Of a DNA stretch of 59,269 nt, positions 45,886-55,584 are shown one piece after another. Source of the stretch: a virus (taxonomy: Duplodnaviria > Caudoviricetes); the IMG/VR virus record IMGVR_UViG_3300010052_000141, positions 1 to 59,269 of that record; one strand, 5' to 3'. A program made the position numbers and the translations under genes. The notes beneath the pieces are model-generated. The model was not told where the DNA came from. It ran no database searches and worked only from the letters and a program-made list of their open reading frames with translations. The stretch's first letter is position 1. The number at the start of each line of letters is the position of its first letter.

Positions 45886-46224
45886 GTGGTGAACGTCGAT
45901 CTATCAATCACGCTCGGCACGATCATCGAGCTAAGCGCCTTCATCGTCGGAGGCATCGTCACGCTTGCCGTGCTCAAAAACATGGTAACCGCGCTGAAGG
46001 AAGAGATGAGCGCTTCCAAGAGAGAGACAAAGGAGCAAATTGCGGCCATTCAGGTCGAAATCAAGAAGATGGGTGAAATCCTCATTGATATGGCCCGGTT
46101 CGAAGAAAAGCTCCTGAACCTTGACAAACGCGTAACTACTCACGGCCGCAAACTGGATGACCTTAGCAGGGGAGACGGGTTCGTTCGCGGGCATCGTTCG
46201 TCTGTGGACGGAGAATACCAATGA
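45886..46224 (+). CDS. TM plus coiled-coil protein (holin/spanin-like)
   Basis: N-terminal TM helix then heptad repeats. Confidence 0.62.
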   Translation: MVNVDLSITLGTIIELSAFIVGGIVTLAVLKNMVTALKEEMSASKRETKEQIAAIQVEIKKMGEILIDMARFEEKLLNLDKRVTTHGRKLDDLSRGDGFVRGHRSSVDGEYQ

Positions 46225-46634
46225 TTATCCGCGCCATTATCGTCATCATCGGGATCAATGCAGGCCTATTCGGCGTCCTGTCAAAGGCCCGGGCAGAAAA
46301 TCCCTTCTCGGGCGCGCGCTCTTTTACCGTAACCATGACGCGCGATTCCGAGAAATGTATCGCCAGTCAGTACGGCGTCGGGGATGGCTACCATGGAAAG
46401 CGGACGGCCTCCGGAGAGAGGTTCAACACTTACGCCGCGTCGCCCTATACGCTGGCGCATAAAACCCGTCCGTTTGGCTCGTTCGTTACCGTTACAAACC
46501 TTTCGAATGGCCGATCAATCCGGGCCAAAGTGACCGACCGCGGACCCTTCATTAAAGGCCGTTGTGTGGACCTCGGGCGGGCAGGGGCGAATGCTCTGGG
46601 CATGGGCGGTACGGCCCGCGTCTCGGTCGAATAA
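46221..46634 (+). CDS. rlpA: RlpA-like (DPBB) lytic transglycosylase
   Basis: ASQYG...GKRTASGERF...AHKTRPFG...VTDRGPF...DL. Confidence 0.9.
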   Translation: MIIRAIIVIIGINAGLFGVLSKARAENPFSGARSFTVTMTRDSEKCIASQYGVGDGYHGKRTASGERFNTYAASPYTLAHKTRPFGSFVTVTNLSNGRSIRAKVTDRGPFIKGRCVDLGRAGANALGMGGTARVSVE

Positions 46635-46706
46635 GCCCGAAAATAGCTTAATCGCTTTCCTTGAAAATGCCCGGCACGCGGCGTGTCCGCAGTCGGGATA
46701 TTGAAG

Positions 46707-47054
46707 ATGAAACGATTAATCCTCGGGATTGTGCTGGCAGTTCTGGCTCAACCGGCTTTTGCGGCATCCTGCTACGTATCAGAATTCATTCAAGCCGGCG
46801 ATGCTGGAATCCAGGTAGCAAAACAGCCATCGGTCGATCAAGCCGCAGTAACCGTTTCTGGAAGTTCGGCTCAAAGCGCCGCTTTCCAGTCCAGCACCAG
46901 GCTAATTAGGGTCAATTGCGACGTCGTCGTTTCGTTCGTGGTTGGGGCAAATCCAACGGCCACTGCAAACAATGCTCGGCTGCCGACAGGCGTTGTCGAA
47001 TACTTTCAAGTTGACGGCAGCCGACACAAAATCGCTTTCATAACGAACAACTGA
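46707..47054 (+). CDS. Secreted-type small beta protein
   Basis: MKRLILGIVLAVLAQPAFA signal peptide. Confidence 0.7.
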   Translation: MKRLILGIVLAVLAQPAFAASCYVSEFIQAGDAGIQVAKQPSVDQAAVTVSGSSAQSAAFQSSTRLIRVNCDVVVSFVVGANPTATANNARLPTGVVEYFQVDGSRHKIAFITNN

Positions 47055-47287
47055 TGAGCACTCGCGCATCTATCTGGGCGCTTGCAGCGCTCTTCGCATT
47101 GGCCGCAGCGGGGCCAGCTCTTTCTTTCGGATTGGGACAGCTCGGTTCGCATTTCGGGACGCTTGGAGCGGAAGGTGGCGGCGCTCCCACGCCGCCAGTA
47201 TCCGGCGCGCTTTTGCTTGAGGACGGCACCTCAATCCTGCTGCTTGAGGGCGCTGCTGGCAATCTTTGCCTTGAAGGAGGCTGCTGA
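47054..47287 (+). CDS. Secreted-type small protein
   Basis: Signal peptide; LLLEDG..LLLE motif. Confidence 0.65.
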   Translation: MSTRASIWALAALFALAAAGPALSFGLGQLGSHFGTLGAEGGGAPTPPVSGALLLEDGTSILLLEGAAGNLCLEGGC

Positions 47288-48957
47288 TGTTTCTCCATGA
47301 CCTGGTCCGCATGGGCGGCTTTGAATTGAACCATTATTGGCATGGCATCGACGTGCTGATGGTGCTGGAATGCGCGCTGCTGGCGGCACTTCTGAGTACG
47401 TCAGTGGCAGTGCTTGCACGCTTCTGGGGGCGCACGCGGCTGAAGACGGCAGCCGTGATCGCTTCGTTGACATTCGCGACGGCGGCTTACGCGGCCAATA
47501 CAGCGCTCTCGGCCCTCTCGGCCTCCGGGGCCTTGGCCGGAGGCAACCTGATCTATGTGGTCCAGACGGTCGGCGTCGGTGGGGTCAAGGCCACGATGAC
47601 GCAGGTCGCGACCTATATCAATTCGCTGTTCTCCGGCGATGCCACGGTAGCCTCCGGTGGAGCAGTCACGCTGGCGACGGTCAATAGCAACGTTGGATCG
47701 TTCGGCAGCGCCACGAACTGCACGACGCTGACGGTCAACGCCAAGGGGTTGATTACCGCGGTCTCCCAGACGGCCTGCACGCCCGGCATTGCGAGCCTCA
47801 CGGGGGCGGGCACCGGCGTCCTGACGGCACTTGGCGTCAACGTCGGCACCGCGGGCTCCTTCGTCGTCAATGGCGGGGCGGGCGGTACGCCTTCCTCGAT
47901 CACCCTGACGAATGGCACGGGCTTGCCGATCGGCGGCCTCACGGGCCTCGGCTCGGGCGTGGGGACGTTCCTCGGCGCGCCGTCGAGTGCGAACCTCTTG
48001 GCCGCGCTGACGACCAAGACCGGTACCGGGAACGCCGTCTTCGGCACGGCGCCGACGATCGACAGTCTGAATGCCACCACCGCGATGACGCTGGCGTTTC
48101 TGACCGGCGGCGGGACGCAGTGCTTGCAGGTGAGCAATACTGGCGTCGTGAGTGCTACCGGATCAGGATGCGGTTCTGCCGGTGTTTCGTCGATCGCGGG
48201 CAATACCGGGGCGTTTACGCTGGACGGCACCAGCGGCCTTGGCAACGCCACGAACGCCATCAATTGCAAGCAGGCCACTTCCTCGCAATTCGGATGCATG
48301 AAGCCCGATGGCACGACGCTGACAGCCAGCGGCGGCGTCATCAGCGCTGCGCCCATTTCTGCCGTCCCCAGCGTGCAATCGGGAACGAACTACCCGATTG
48401 TCGACGGCGACCGCGCCAAGGTCATCTATCTCAGCAATGCTTCCGCCCAGACACCGACGCTGCCGTCTGCTGCCACGCTAACGAATAGCAACGGCTGGTT
48501 TGTCACCATCTGCAACATCAATGCAGGTATCCAGACGGTTACCCCGACGACGTCGACGATCGGTGGCGCATCGACCTTGCCCATACCAGCCGGCTCAGCG
48601 GCGAGGCCGGTCTGCTGGAATGCCGTGTCAGATGGCACGAACTATTCGCTGGTCCCGGCCGGCAACAACAACACCATCTCCAGCGGGACCTCGGCGCTCG
48701 GCACCAGCGCGATATCCTCGGCGGCCTGTGCAACCGTCGTCACGACGTCGGCGCCAGGCGTTGCCACCACGGACGTGGTCCTTGCATCGTTCAACGGGGA
48801 TCCAACGGCAGTTACCGGTTATGTGCCACTCACATCAGGCATGCTGACGATCATTGGCTATCCGACCGCTAACAATGTGAATTTCAAGGTCTGCAATAAC
48901 ACGACGGCCTCGATCACGCCCGGCGCGATCACGCTAAATTGGCGGGTGGTGCGATGA
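47287..48957 (+). CDS. Fibre/adhesin-like protein with membrane or signal N-terminus
   Basis: FSGDAT, LATVNSNVGSFG, TVNAKGLIT and LTNGTGLP fibre repeats; hydrophobic N-terminus ending AYA. Confidence 0.7.
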   Translation: MFLHDLVRMGGFELNHYWHGIDVLMVLECALLAALLSTSVAVLARFWGRTRLKTAAVIASLTFATAAYAANTALSALSASGALAGGNLIYVVQTVGVGGVKATMTQVATYINSLFSGDATVASGGAVTLATVNSNVGSFGSATNCTTLTVNAKGLITAVSQTACTPGIASLTGAGTGVLTALGVNVGTAGSFVVNGGAGGTPSSITLTNGTGLPIGGLTGLGSGVGTFLGAPSSANLLAALTTKTGTGNAVFGTAPTIDSLNATTAMTLAFLTGGGTQCLQVSNTGVVSATGSGCGSAGVSSIAGNTGAFTLDGTSGLGNATNAINCKQATSSQFGCMKPDGTTLTASGGVISAAPISAVPSVQSGTNYPIVDGDRAKVIYLSNASAQTPTLPSAATLTNSNGWFVTICNINAGIQTVTPTTSTIGGASTLPIPAGSAARPVCWNAVSDGTNYSLVPAGNNNTISSGTSALGTSAISSAACATVVTTSAPGVATTDVVLASFNGDPTAVTGYVPLTSGMLTIIGYPTANNVNFKVCNNTTASITPGAITLNWRVVR

Positions 48958-49874
48958 TGTTGCGCTGGGTCGTTCTCGCGCTTGCGCTGCTTGTCGGCAG
49001 TGCACATGCGCAAATGGGGTCATTCTTTCCGGGACCTGGGACGGCCCATACGTCTGGCGGCGGCTCATGTACGGGCGGCACTCGAACAACGGTTGGTGGC
49101 GATACCGTCATCACGTTCACGACCCCAGGCACGACCTCTCTGGTTTGCTCCGCAGGGTTTAGCGCCAGAGTCCTGGTTGTTGCCGGCGGTGGATCAGGAA
49201 CGGCGGCAGGCGGCGGCGCTGGCGGATACTGCACGACCGAAGGCACGCCAACCTGCGGCCTAGGAGCGAGTGTTAGCATATCATCTGGTTCTACGACTGT
49301 GACGGTCGGCGCTGGTGGTGCCGCCGCAGCACCAAGCGGTGGGAACACCACGCAGAACGTAGGCGGCAATAGCGTCCTCGGCACAATCACAGCAACTGGT
49401 GGCGGCTATGGTGGTGTGGCGTTTGGCAATGGGTCTGCTGGCGGGTCAGGTGGTGGTGCCGGGCAACTCGGAGGTTCTGGGGGTGCCGGGAGCCAAGGAG
49501 GCAATGGCGGCTCTGCAGATTCCAATTCACCTTATGCGGCGGGGGGCGGTGGCGGCGCTGGTGGCGCTGGCGGCAACGGTGCGTCCGGCGTGGGCGGTAA
49601 TGGTGGACCCGGCATCAGCAATTCAATTACGGGATCGGCGGTGACATATGCAGGTGGAGGCGGCGGTGCCACGCAAAATAATGCGGGAGGCACGGCTGGC
49701 TCTGGCGGGGCTGGGGGCGGTGGAGCAGGCAACAACAGCGGAACCGTGGATGGTAATTCCGGCACGAACGGGCTTGGCGGCGGTGGCGGCGGCACCACCC
49801 AAACCAACGGCTTTTCGTCTGGCTCAGGCGGAAGCGGCATTGTCATCATTCGTTGCACCACAGGGAATTGCTGA
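48954..49874 (+). CDS. Glycine-rich domain protein with signal peptide
   Basis: VLVVAGGG...YAGGGGG...GSGIVIIR; starts MMLRWVVLALALLVGSAHA-Q. Confidence 0.8.
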   Translation: MMLRWVVLALALLVGSAHAQMGSFFPGPGTAHTSGGGSCTGGTRTTVGGDTVITFTTPGTTSLVCSAGFSARVLVVAGGGSGTAAGGGAGGYCTTEGTPTCGLGASVSISSGSTTVTVGAGGAAAAPSGGNTTQNVGGNSVLGTITATGGGYGGVAFGNGSAGGSGGGAGQLGGSGGAGSQGGNGGSADSNSPYAAGGGGGAGGAGGNGASGVGGNGGPGISNSITGSAVTYAGGGGGATQNNAGGTAGSGGAGGGGAGNNSGTVDGNSGTNGLGGGGGGTTQTNGFSSGSGGSGIVIIRCTTGNC

Positions 49875-52379
49875 ATGCTCCGTAAGGTAATCGTCGCCCT
49901 AATTCTTCTTTTGGCGCCGCTGTCAGTCGAAGCGAGATTCCCCCGTGGTGGCGGTGGAGGATCGGTAACGCCCTCAACCGGCGGCGTGCTACTTAATCTA
50001 AATGCGCTGACCTATTTCAACGGCTATGGCCCATTTTTGAATTGGTGGAAAACTGGGTCGTCGAACACCATCGTCAGCAGCATCAACGGCACGTTATCCG
50101 GAAAGGCTGCTTGGGACAACGGGACGTACTTCGACACGACAACAGGTGAATTAAAAAACCCACTTCCGGCTGATTTTCGCTCACTCAGTCGCGCGTTCTT
50201 CACTCCAGTTTTGTGGCCGCAGTATCAATATGAAGGGACTGCGTTCAACAATTTCGCCGGACAGGTTTGGAACGTCACTTGGACCGGGTGCTCGACTTCG
50301 GCAATGACAGTCACAACGACTGGTTCGCTCGGAACAGGTGCCCCCGCTCCGAGTTTTAGCGGTAATTCTGGCACGATTACTTTTGGCAGCGCCGCAATAG
50401 CTAACGTCGGATTGCTTTTCACTCCAACAGTGGCTGGCGCTTGCTACACCAATCCACCGCGCAACATCGTGGTATCGCAATCCCAGTACGCCGCGAACGT
50501 CGCTGCTGGTCAGGTGTTCAATCCGGATTATATCGCAGCTATCAAGCCGTTTGGCATTCTACGCCTTATGGATTGGATGCACATTAATTACAGCGGCATC
50601 AGCGCAAGCACGCAGTTAGCCGATCTGAATTACACATACGCTGGCCAAGACCTCAATATGGCCTACGACTTTGCCGGCTCGATCTCAGGTACGACTCTGA
50701 CCGTGGGATTGCCAGCAGGCGCGCCTTGGGAGGTTGGCCAGACAGTCGTCGCTTCCGGTCTGACGGTTGTCACGACCATCACCGGGCTTGGCTCAGGGAC
50801 CGGCGGCGCTGGTACTTACACGATATCATGCGCTGGTGGGTGCCCGACACTTTCTGCACGCACAATGATGGGGGTGCCATCAGCAGGAATAAATGGGGAC
50901 TACGGACCCAAGGCTGGCGTCGCCCCCGATGTTGCGTGTGCGCTGGCGAACGCCACGGGCAGTATTATTGAATATCCGATCCCGATCGCTGCGACCAATC
51001 AATACGTCACGGACATTGCGACGGCTCTTAAGGCGTGCATGCCTGCCGGGGTTAAGGTCAAGTACTCGCTCGCCAATGAAATTTGGAATCCTACGTTCTA
51101 TCAATTTTATTACAACCAAGCACAGATCGCCAACGGTATCTCCGACTGGCAAGGATACCGTGCTGCACAGTTGATGGACATCGTTTACAACGTGTACGGC
51201 GCTGGCCAGCGCAATCGCTGGCTCGGGGCCATGGGTTCGCAAACGGTCAACCCGGGATATACGACAAGCAATCTAACTGGAGCTGCGGCAGCGATTTCCG
51301 GTCTTGGGCTGCACACGATGACGCAGCTTTTCGACACTGTCGACGTTGCTCCTTATTTTGGAGATTTCTTCCCAGGATCGTTCGTCAGTAATGTGACAGT
51401 GGGAGCCGCGCCAACAGTTACCATTAATACTGCGCAAGCAACTTTTACTGGTGTCATAACATCTGGCACACTGACTGTGTCGGGCTTGACTGGTTACTGT
51501 TGTTACGTAGGGCAAGCGATCCAAGGCGCGGGCGTGAATGCTGCCACGGTAATCACCGGAGGAAGCGGATCGGTATGGACCGTCAACCCGTCGCAAACTG
51601 TCGGGTCAACCGCTATGACAAGCTGGGCTCCGCACGGATTTACGAACGGGCAGACAATTGCCATGTTTGTTTCTGGTGGCACTATGGGTACCGTGCTTGA
51701 CAGTAATGCGGTTGTGGGCACCAACGTGTACGCAACAGTTTCCAACCCAACTGCTAGTGGCTTTGATATCAACATCTCCACTGTCGGGAAAACCTTCGGC
51801 GGGAGCAGCAACTACGTGATGCCCGCTACGTTGCCAAAAATGGCGGATAGAAGTATCGCGCTGAATGGATCAACGCCCGCGACGTATCCGACCAAATTTT
51901 CATTTTTCGCGCAGCAAATGGCAAAGGCCATACTGAACGGTTCGGCTACCGATGCCTCTTATGGTACTTTGACAATCCCAGCTGCGACTAATTTGTCAGG
52001 AGGTGCGGGGTCCATTCAGGATTCCTTCTCCCAACAGATTACAGCGCTGGGAGCTAGTGGGTTAAAGCTTGGACAGTACGAGAATGGCTACTCCAGCAGT
52101 CTAGCAGGATACGCTGCCAACCCTGTCGCGCAGCAGGCTATGGAGTTTCTAAACCAATCGCAGTTCGACAACGGCGTAACTGGCGATACTACGAACACCC
52201 CAGCTAATTTGTACGTTGTCGCGTTCGCTGCGTACCGTGGCTTGGGTTTGTCTTACCCTGCGCAGTTCAACGAACTACAACCACAAACTCAATTCGGACC
52301 GTGGGGCGCGCTGAGGTTCATCGGGGATAGCAATCCTCGTTGGCAAGCAATCCTGAATGAAAATGCTTTAGGTCCGTAG
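49875..52379 (+). CDS. Large secreted-type glycoside-hydrolase-like protein (possible depolymerase)
   Basis: Signal peptide; LRLMDW, ANEIWN, APYFG and YENG motifs of a clan GH-A-like barrel with inserted beta repeats. Confidence 0.65.
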   Translation: MLRKVIVALILLLAPLSVEARFPRGGGGGSVTPSTGGVLLNLNALTYFNGYGPFLNWWKTGSSNTIVSSINGTLSGKAAWDNGTYFDTTTGELKNPLPADFRSLSRAFFTPVLWPQYQYEGTAFNNFAGQVWNVTWTGCSTSAMTVTTTGSLGTGAPAPSFSGNSGTITFGSAAIANVGLLFTPTVAGACYTNPPRNIVVSQSQYAANVAAGQVFNPDYIAAIKPFGILRLMDWMHINYSGISASTQLADLNYTYAGQDLNMAYDFAGSISGTTLTVGLPAGAPWEVGQTVVASGLTVVTTITGLGSGTGGAGTYTISCAGGCPTLSARTMMGVPSAGINGDYGPKAGVAPDVACALANATGSIIEYPIPIAATNQYVTDIATALKACMPAGVKVKYSLANEIWNPTFYQFYYNQAQIANGISDWQGYRAAQLMDIVYNVYGAGQRNRWLGAMGSQTVNPGYTTSNLTGAAAAISGLGLHTMTQLFDTVDVAPYFGDFFPGSFVSNVTVGAAPTVTINTAQATFTGVITSGTLTVSGLTGYCCYVGQAIQGAGVNAATVITGGSGSVWTVNPSQTVGSTAMTSWAPHGFTNGQTIAMFVSGGTMGTVLDSNAVVGTNVYATVSNPTASGFDINISTVGKTFGGSSNYVMPATLPKMADRSIALNGSTPATYPTKFSFFAQQMAKAILNGSATDASYGTLTIPAATNLSGGAGSIQDSFSQQITALGASGLKLGQYENGYSSSLAGYAANPVAQQAMEFLNQSQFDNGVTGDTTNTPANLYVVAFAAYRGLGLSYPAQFNELQPQTQFGPWGALRFIGDSNPRWQAILNENALGP

Positions 52380-52393
52380 CTTAACTGGAAGAT

Positions 52394-53029
52394 CTAGCTT
52401 GCGCTAACGAGATTTCGGCGACGGATTATCGATGAAGATTTTTGGCGGCGAGCAATGAATCCAATTCCTGCAAAACCTAAAAGCATCATAGACCATGTGG
52501 AAGGCTCTGGGATAGCCGCGATATTCTCAGCCAACCAAAATCCACCGCCGTCGTTTCTTCCGCTACTGTATTGAAAGTATCCGGAATAAGACCCTCCATC
52601 AGAGGTTGGCGTTGTACTGGAATTGGCAAATCCTGCCGCGCATCCAGGGCCGCCTCCGCAGTTTTGTTGAAATGTGTTTCCGGAAACATTCCAATCTACG
52701 ATGCTCCCATCTTGGAGGATGAAAACCCCTGTCATCGTCGATACGAGCGCGTAAACATTCAGGGGCGGGATTGTGAATGGGTAAGAATATGCCCCGCCCA
52801 GTCCGGCAAGGAACGCCGAGGTGGCATCAGCGAGGGAAAGTGTCCCGGTAAAGTGCGAAGTATCTTCTAGAAATGTGACGGAGGCCGTGATCTTGGTCGT
52901 GGATGTCACTGGGCAAGACGGCGCCAATGAGCAGGTCGTTACGTCAATTGAGTTGCCGAAGTATGTATAGGTGGTAGCCTTGGCTGGAACACTCAATAAA
53001 AAAAGAAAAACAGCCAACAAAACACGCAT
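52394..53029 (-). CDS. PEP-CTERM (PEPxxWA-type) surface protein, moron
   Basis: Signal peptide and C-terminal IPEPSTWSMMLLGFAGIGFIARRQK. Confidence 0.9.
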   Translation of the reverse strand: MRVLLAVFLFLLSVPAKATTYTYFGNSIDVTTCSLAPSCPVTSTTKITASVTFLEDTSHFTGTLSLADATSAFLAGLGGAYSYPFTIPPLNVYALVSTMTGVFILQDGSIVDWNVSGNTFQQNCGGGPGCAAGFANSSTTPTSDGGSYSGYFQYSSGRNDGGGFWLAENIAAIPEPSTWSMMLLGFAGIGFIARRQKSSSIIRRRNLVSAS

Positions 53030-53123
53030 GAATGCCCCCTAAGCAGGATCGTTCCAGCTTTCCGGAGGCGTGGCCGTTGAGTCAATCGGGGGAGGCTAAA
53101 AGAATCCGTCTTGACAGAGCGGA

Positions 53124-53261
53124 TCAGGGGTGTGGTGGCTCGTCCCCTTTCCCGTCTGAATAATTGACAGTGCAGACCATCGCTATGAGCAGGATGATCA
53201 ATCCGAGTACGATGAGCGTTGGGAACCACACGGGAATCGGCGAAGTAAGAAATTCGACCAT
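53124..53261 (-). CDS. 45 aa single-TM peptide (not in ORF track)
   Basis: MVEFLTSPIPVWFPTLIVLGLIILLIAMVCTVNYSDGKGDEPPHP; GAGGG ribosome site. Confidence 0.55.
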   Translation of the reverse strand: MVEFLTSPIPVWFPTLIVLGLIILLIAMVCTVNYSDGKGDEPPHP

Positions 53262-53515
53262 GACAGCCCTCTGCGCTGCCCGGCTGGTGCCGGGTGGTTG
53301 AAATTCAGCAGCAGAGGTTGCTGACCCCCAATATTAGGCCCGCGCCCGGAGCGACCGGACGTTGCTACTAAGCCGTATTTTCGGAGCCACCCGGCATAAG
53401 CCGTTTAACCTCTGCTGCCTTTAATCGCGTTAACGGATTTCAAGCCGCAAACGCGAAGGAAACTTATCTAAGATTAGTGGGGTCGTAAAGCCGCTACCGC
53501 ACGTTGTCGGTCAGG

Positions 53516-54049
53516 TTACGCCGCAGCAGCAACCATTCCATCGTGATGCTTGGTCTCTTTGATGGCGTCGAGCACAACTGTTGGCTTGTGCTCTCGCACT
53601 GACAGCTCGGCGAGCAAAGCTCGGTTCTGCGTTCCGCGGCGCGTGTCAAGGAACGACAAAGCGAGTACGGCCCCCATGATCGCATCTTGTATCACGCACT
53701 CAAGCTGAGGATGACGACGAGTGAATTCCGACAGTTCGGGGTCCGAAGTGCCGCGCGACAACTTTCCTTCGATATTTTCGCGAGCGCGGCGATGATAAAT
53801 GTCGAAGAACATCTTCGCACCTTCTCGATCCGCGATCATCGAATTGAAGGTCTCTATAACGTCGATTAACCCCGCTGGCGTATCGGATTCCGAAGCCAAA
53901 ACTCGCGAAGCATGGAAAAATTTGTCGGCAAAAAACTCGTAACCCCGGAGACGCTCAAGCTCCCGCTGAGCCCACTGGTACCTTAACCAAGTGTAGCTCA
54001 CTGCAGCAGCGAGACTGGCCATAAGGACGATCGCGATCGTATCTGTCAT
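53516..54049 (-). CDS. Membrane-anchored hypothetical protein
   Basis: N-terminal TM helix; ATGA overlap with the upstream gene. Confidence 0.7.
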   Translation of the reverse strand: MTDTIAIVLMASLAAAVSYTWLRYQWAQRELERLRGYEFFADKFFHASRVLASESDTPAGLIDVIETFNSMIADREGAKMFFDIYHRRARENIEGKLSRGTSDPELSEFTRRHPQLECVIQDAIMGAVLALSFLDTRRGTQNRALLAELSVREHKPTVVLDAIKETKHHDGMVAAAA

Positions 54050-54327
54050 GATTTTGATGCGCCTTTGCTGTTGGGGACCTTACGCTTTCTGCTCTTCAAC
54101 GCAACTTCCAACCGCTGCCGTTCGTTTTCGATTTTGGCTACAACCCTCTTGTCTTCTCGTTTATGCATCAGAATAGTCTTAAGTATCTTATTGAAATCCT
54201 TAGATATTAATACGATGCCAATGGCGACGGAAACCGTCAGAAGCACGAATATGGTCCTAATTAGGCCTATCCGCTCAACGCCATCGATGGCCTTGTCCAG
54301 CCACGCAGCTAATGTTTCCTTCCACAT
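54046..54327 (-). CDS. Single-TM basic protein
   Basis: TM helix plus Lys/Arg-rich tail. Confidence 0.65.
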   Translation of the reverse strand: MWKETLAAWLDKAIDGVERIGLIRTIFVLLTVSVAIGIVLISKDFNKILKTILMHKREDKRVVAKIENERQRLEVALKSRKRKVPNSKGASKS

Positions 54328-54449
54328 TCGGGTTCCTGCCCATTTTTCATGGGCTTAACGGAACCTTTCGGGATGATCAACCATAGATCGCAAGAAAGGG
54401 TTAACTATACGGTCTGGAGAGGGCGACGTTGCCTTGGGCTAAGTGGCGT

Positions 54450-55046
54450 TCACCCAAACTGATCCATGACCCGCGAAAACGCCGGATGCTGGCGGTTCTT
54501 CACCTTGACCCAGTCGCAGGTCCGTGGCCGGTACCGCCGCGAGCGGTGCTTTGAGACCAGGCCCTCAAGGCCCATGCGGCAGGCCGCGTCGAACAGGTCG
54601 GGCCCGATCTCGCCGGCCTCATAGGGCGCGACGAAAATCCCCTCCGGCCGGCCCTTGAGCAATTTGCCTAGACGTGCCTTCCGCTCGAACAACGGCATTT
54701 CCCGCAGATCGTCGCCGTCGACCGCAACCAGGTCGAAGGCGTAGAGCTGGGCTTCGTCATTGTGCTTGTTGGAATGCAGGGCGTTGAAATCGGAGATGCC
54801 CTGCACGTCGAGCACCGTGATCTCGCCGTCGATGATGAAGCGCTGCTGCTTCATTTTCAGCGCCGTCTCGACGATCCATGGAAAGCGCCATGAGCAGTCT
54901 AGCCCGGACCGCGAGAACAGCTTGGCGTCACGGCCGTCACGGACGATGCGTCCGCGGTATCCGTCGTATTTGATCTCGTGAATCCAGTCGGGGCCGGTCG
55001 GGACGGCCTTGGCGTTGACGGGCTTGCAACACTCGAACTTTTGCAT
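54450..55046 (-). CDS. ATP-dependent DNA ligase, adenylation domain only (LigD-like)
   Basis: EIKYDGYR, IDGE, YAFDL, EGLVSK and WVKVK motifs; no OB domain. Confidence 0.9.
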   Translation of the reverse strand: MQKFECCKPVNAKAVPTGPDWIHEIKYDGYRGRIVRDGRDAKLFSRSGLDCSWRFPWIVETALKMKQQRFIIDGEITVLDVQGISDFNALHSNKHNDEAQLYAFDLVAVDGDDLREMPLFERKARLGKLLKGRPEGIFVAPYEAGEIGPDLFDAACRMGLEGLVSKHRSRRYRPRTCDWVKVKNRQHPAFSRVMDQFG

Positions 55047-55086
55047 GGTTGAGAGATAGGTGCGGGGAGCCCGATTTGCGAATCAA

Positions 55087-55350
55087 TCAGGCAAACATCT
55101 CGGCCCCGGACTGCGTGAATTTGACGAAAGTTCCGCTCTCGTGCAGCACCAGCCAGCCTTTCTCGATCGCGTATTTGAGCCCGGCGCTGTATTCGGCCGG
55201 CGTCGCCTTGTCTTGGAACAGGAACGGCCCGTTGATCTTCTCGATGTAGATGCGGCCGTCATGGATGGGCTCAAAGGCTTGCGCGTGTTCCATCAGGCGG
55301 CGGGCTGCTTTCTCCGGATCGGCGTAGGGGCGAGGTTCGGCGAATTTCAT
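55087..55350 (-). CDS. Conserved-looking hypothetical protein
   Basis: MKFAEPRPYADPEKAARRL...LHESGTFVKFTQSG. Confidence 0.65.
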   Translation of the reverse strand: MKFAEPRPYADPEKAARRLMEHAQAFEPIHDGRIYIEKINGPFLFQDKATPAEYSAGLKYAIEKGWLVLHESGTFVKFTQSGAEMFA

Positions 55351-55392
55351 CGGGTCATGTCCATGGGGCTTGCTCGAACTCGTCATCCCAGC

Positions 55393-55584
55393 TCATCTCT
55401 CGCCCCTTGCGAACGTCTTGGCGGCTTGCAGGGCTTGAGCGCTGGTCAGTTGCTCTGGTCTCAGTCGGCGTCCGGGAACATCCTCGTAATAGAAATAGAC
55501 GCTAGGTCGTCCATCGTCGTACCGGACCTCGTAACTCCCGCATCCCTGAACGGCTTCTGGCGTCTTGTATATCTTTACCGGCAT
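55393..55584 (-). CDS. Hypothetical protein
   Basis: GSYEVRYDDGRPSVYFY. Confidence 0.6.
   Translation of the reverse strand: MPVKIYKTPEAVQGCGSYEVRYDDGRPSVYFYYEDVPGRRLRPEQLTSAQALQAAKTFARGER

Noticed and set aside
49180-49840. GGC-rich tract as a third guide array
   Set aside because: Periodicity is 3 nt and reflects glycine codons within a CDS.
39692-52379. Diversity-generating retroelement or invertible tail-fibre cassette
   Set aside because: No reverse transcriptase, invertase or template/variable repeat pair was seen.
53405-53433. CtrA box
   Set aside because: TTAA pairs here and at 17575-17587 are not at the canonical 7-nt spacing (closest pairs are 5 nt apart).
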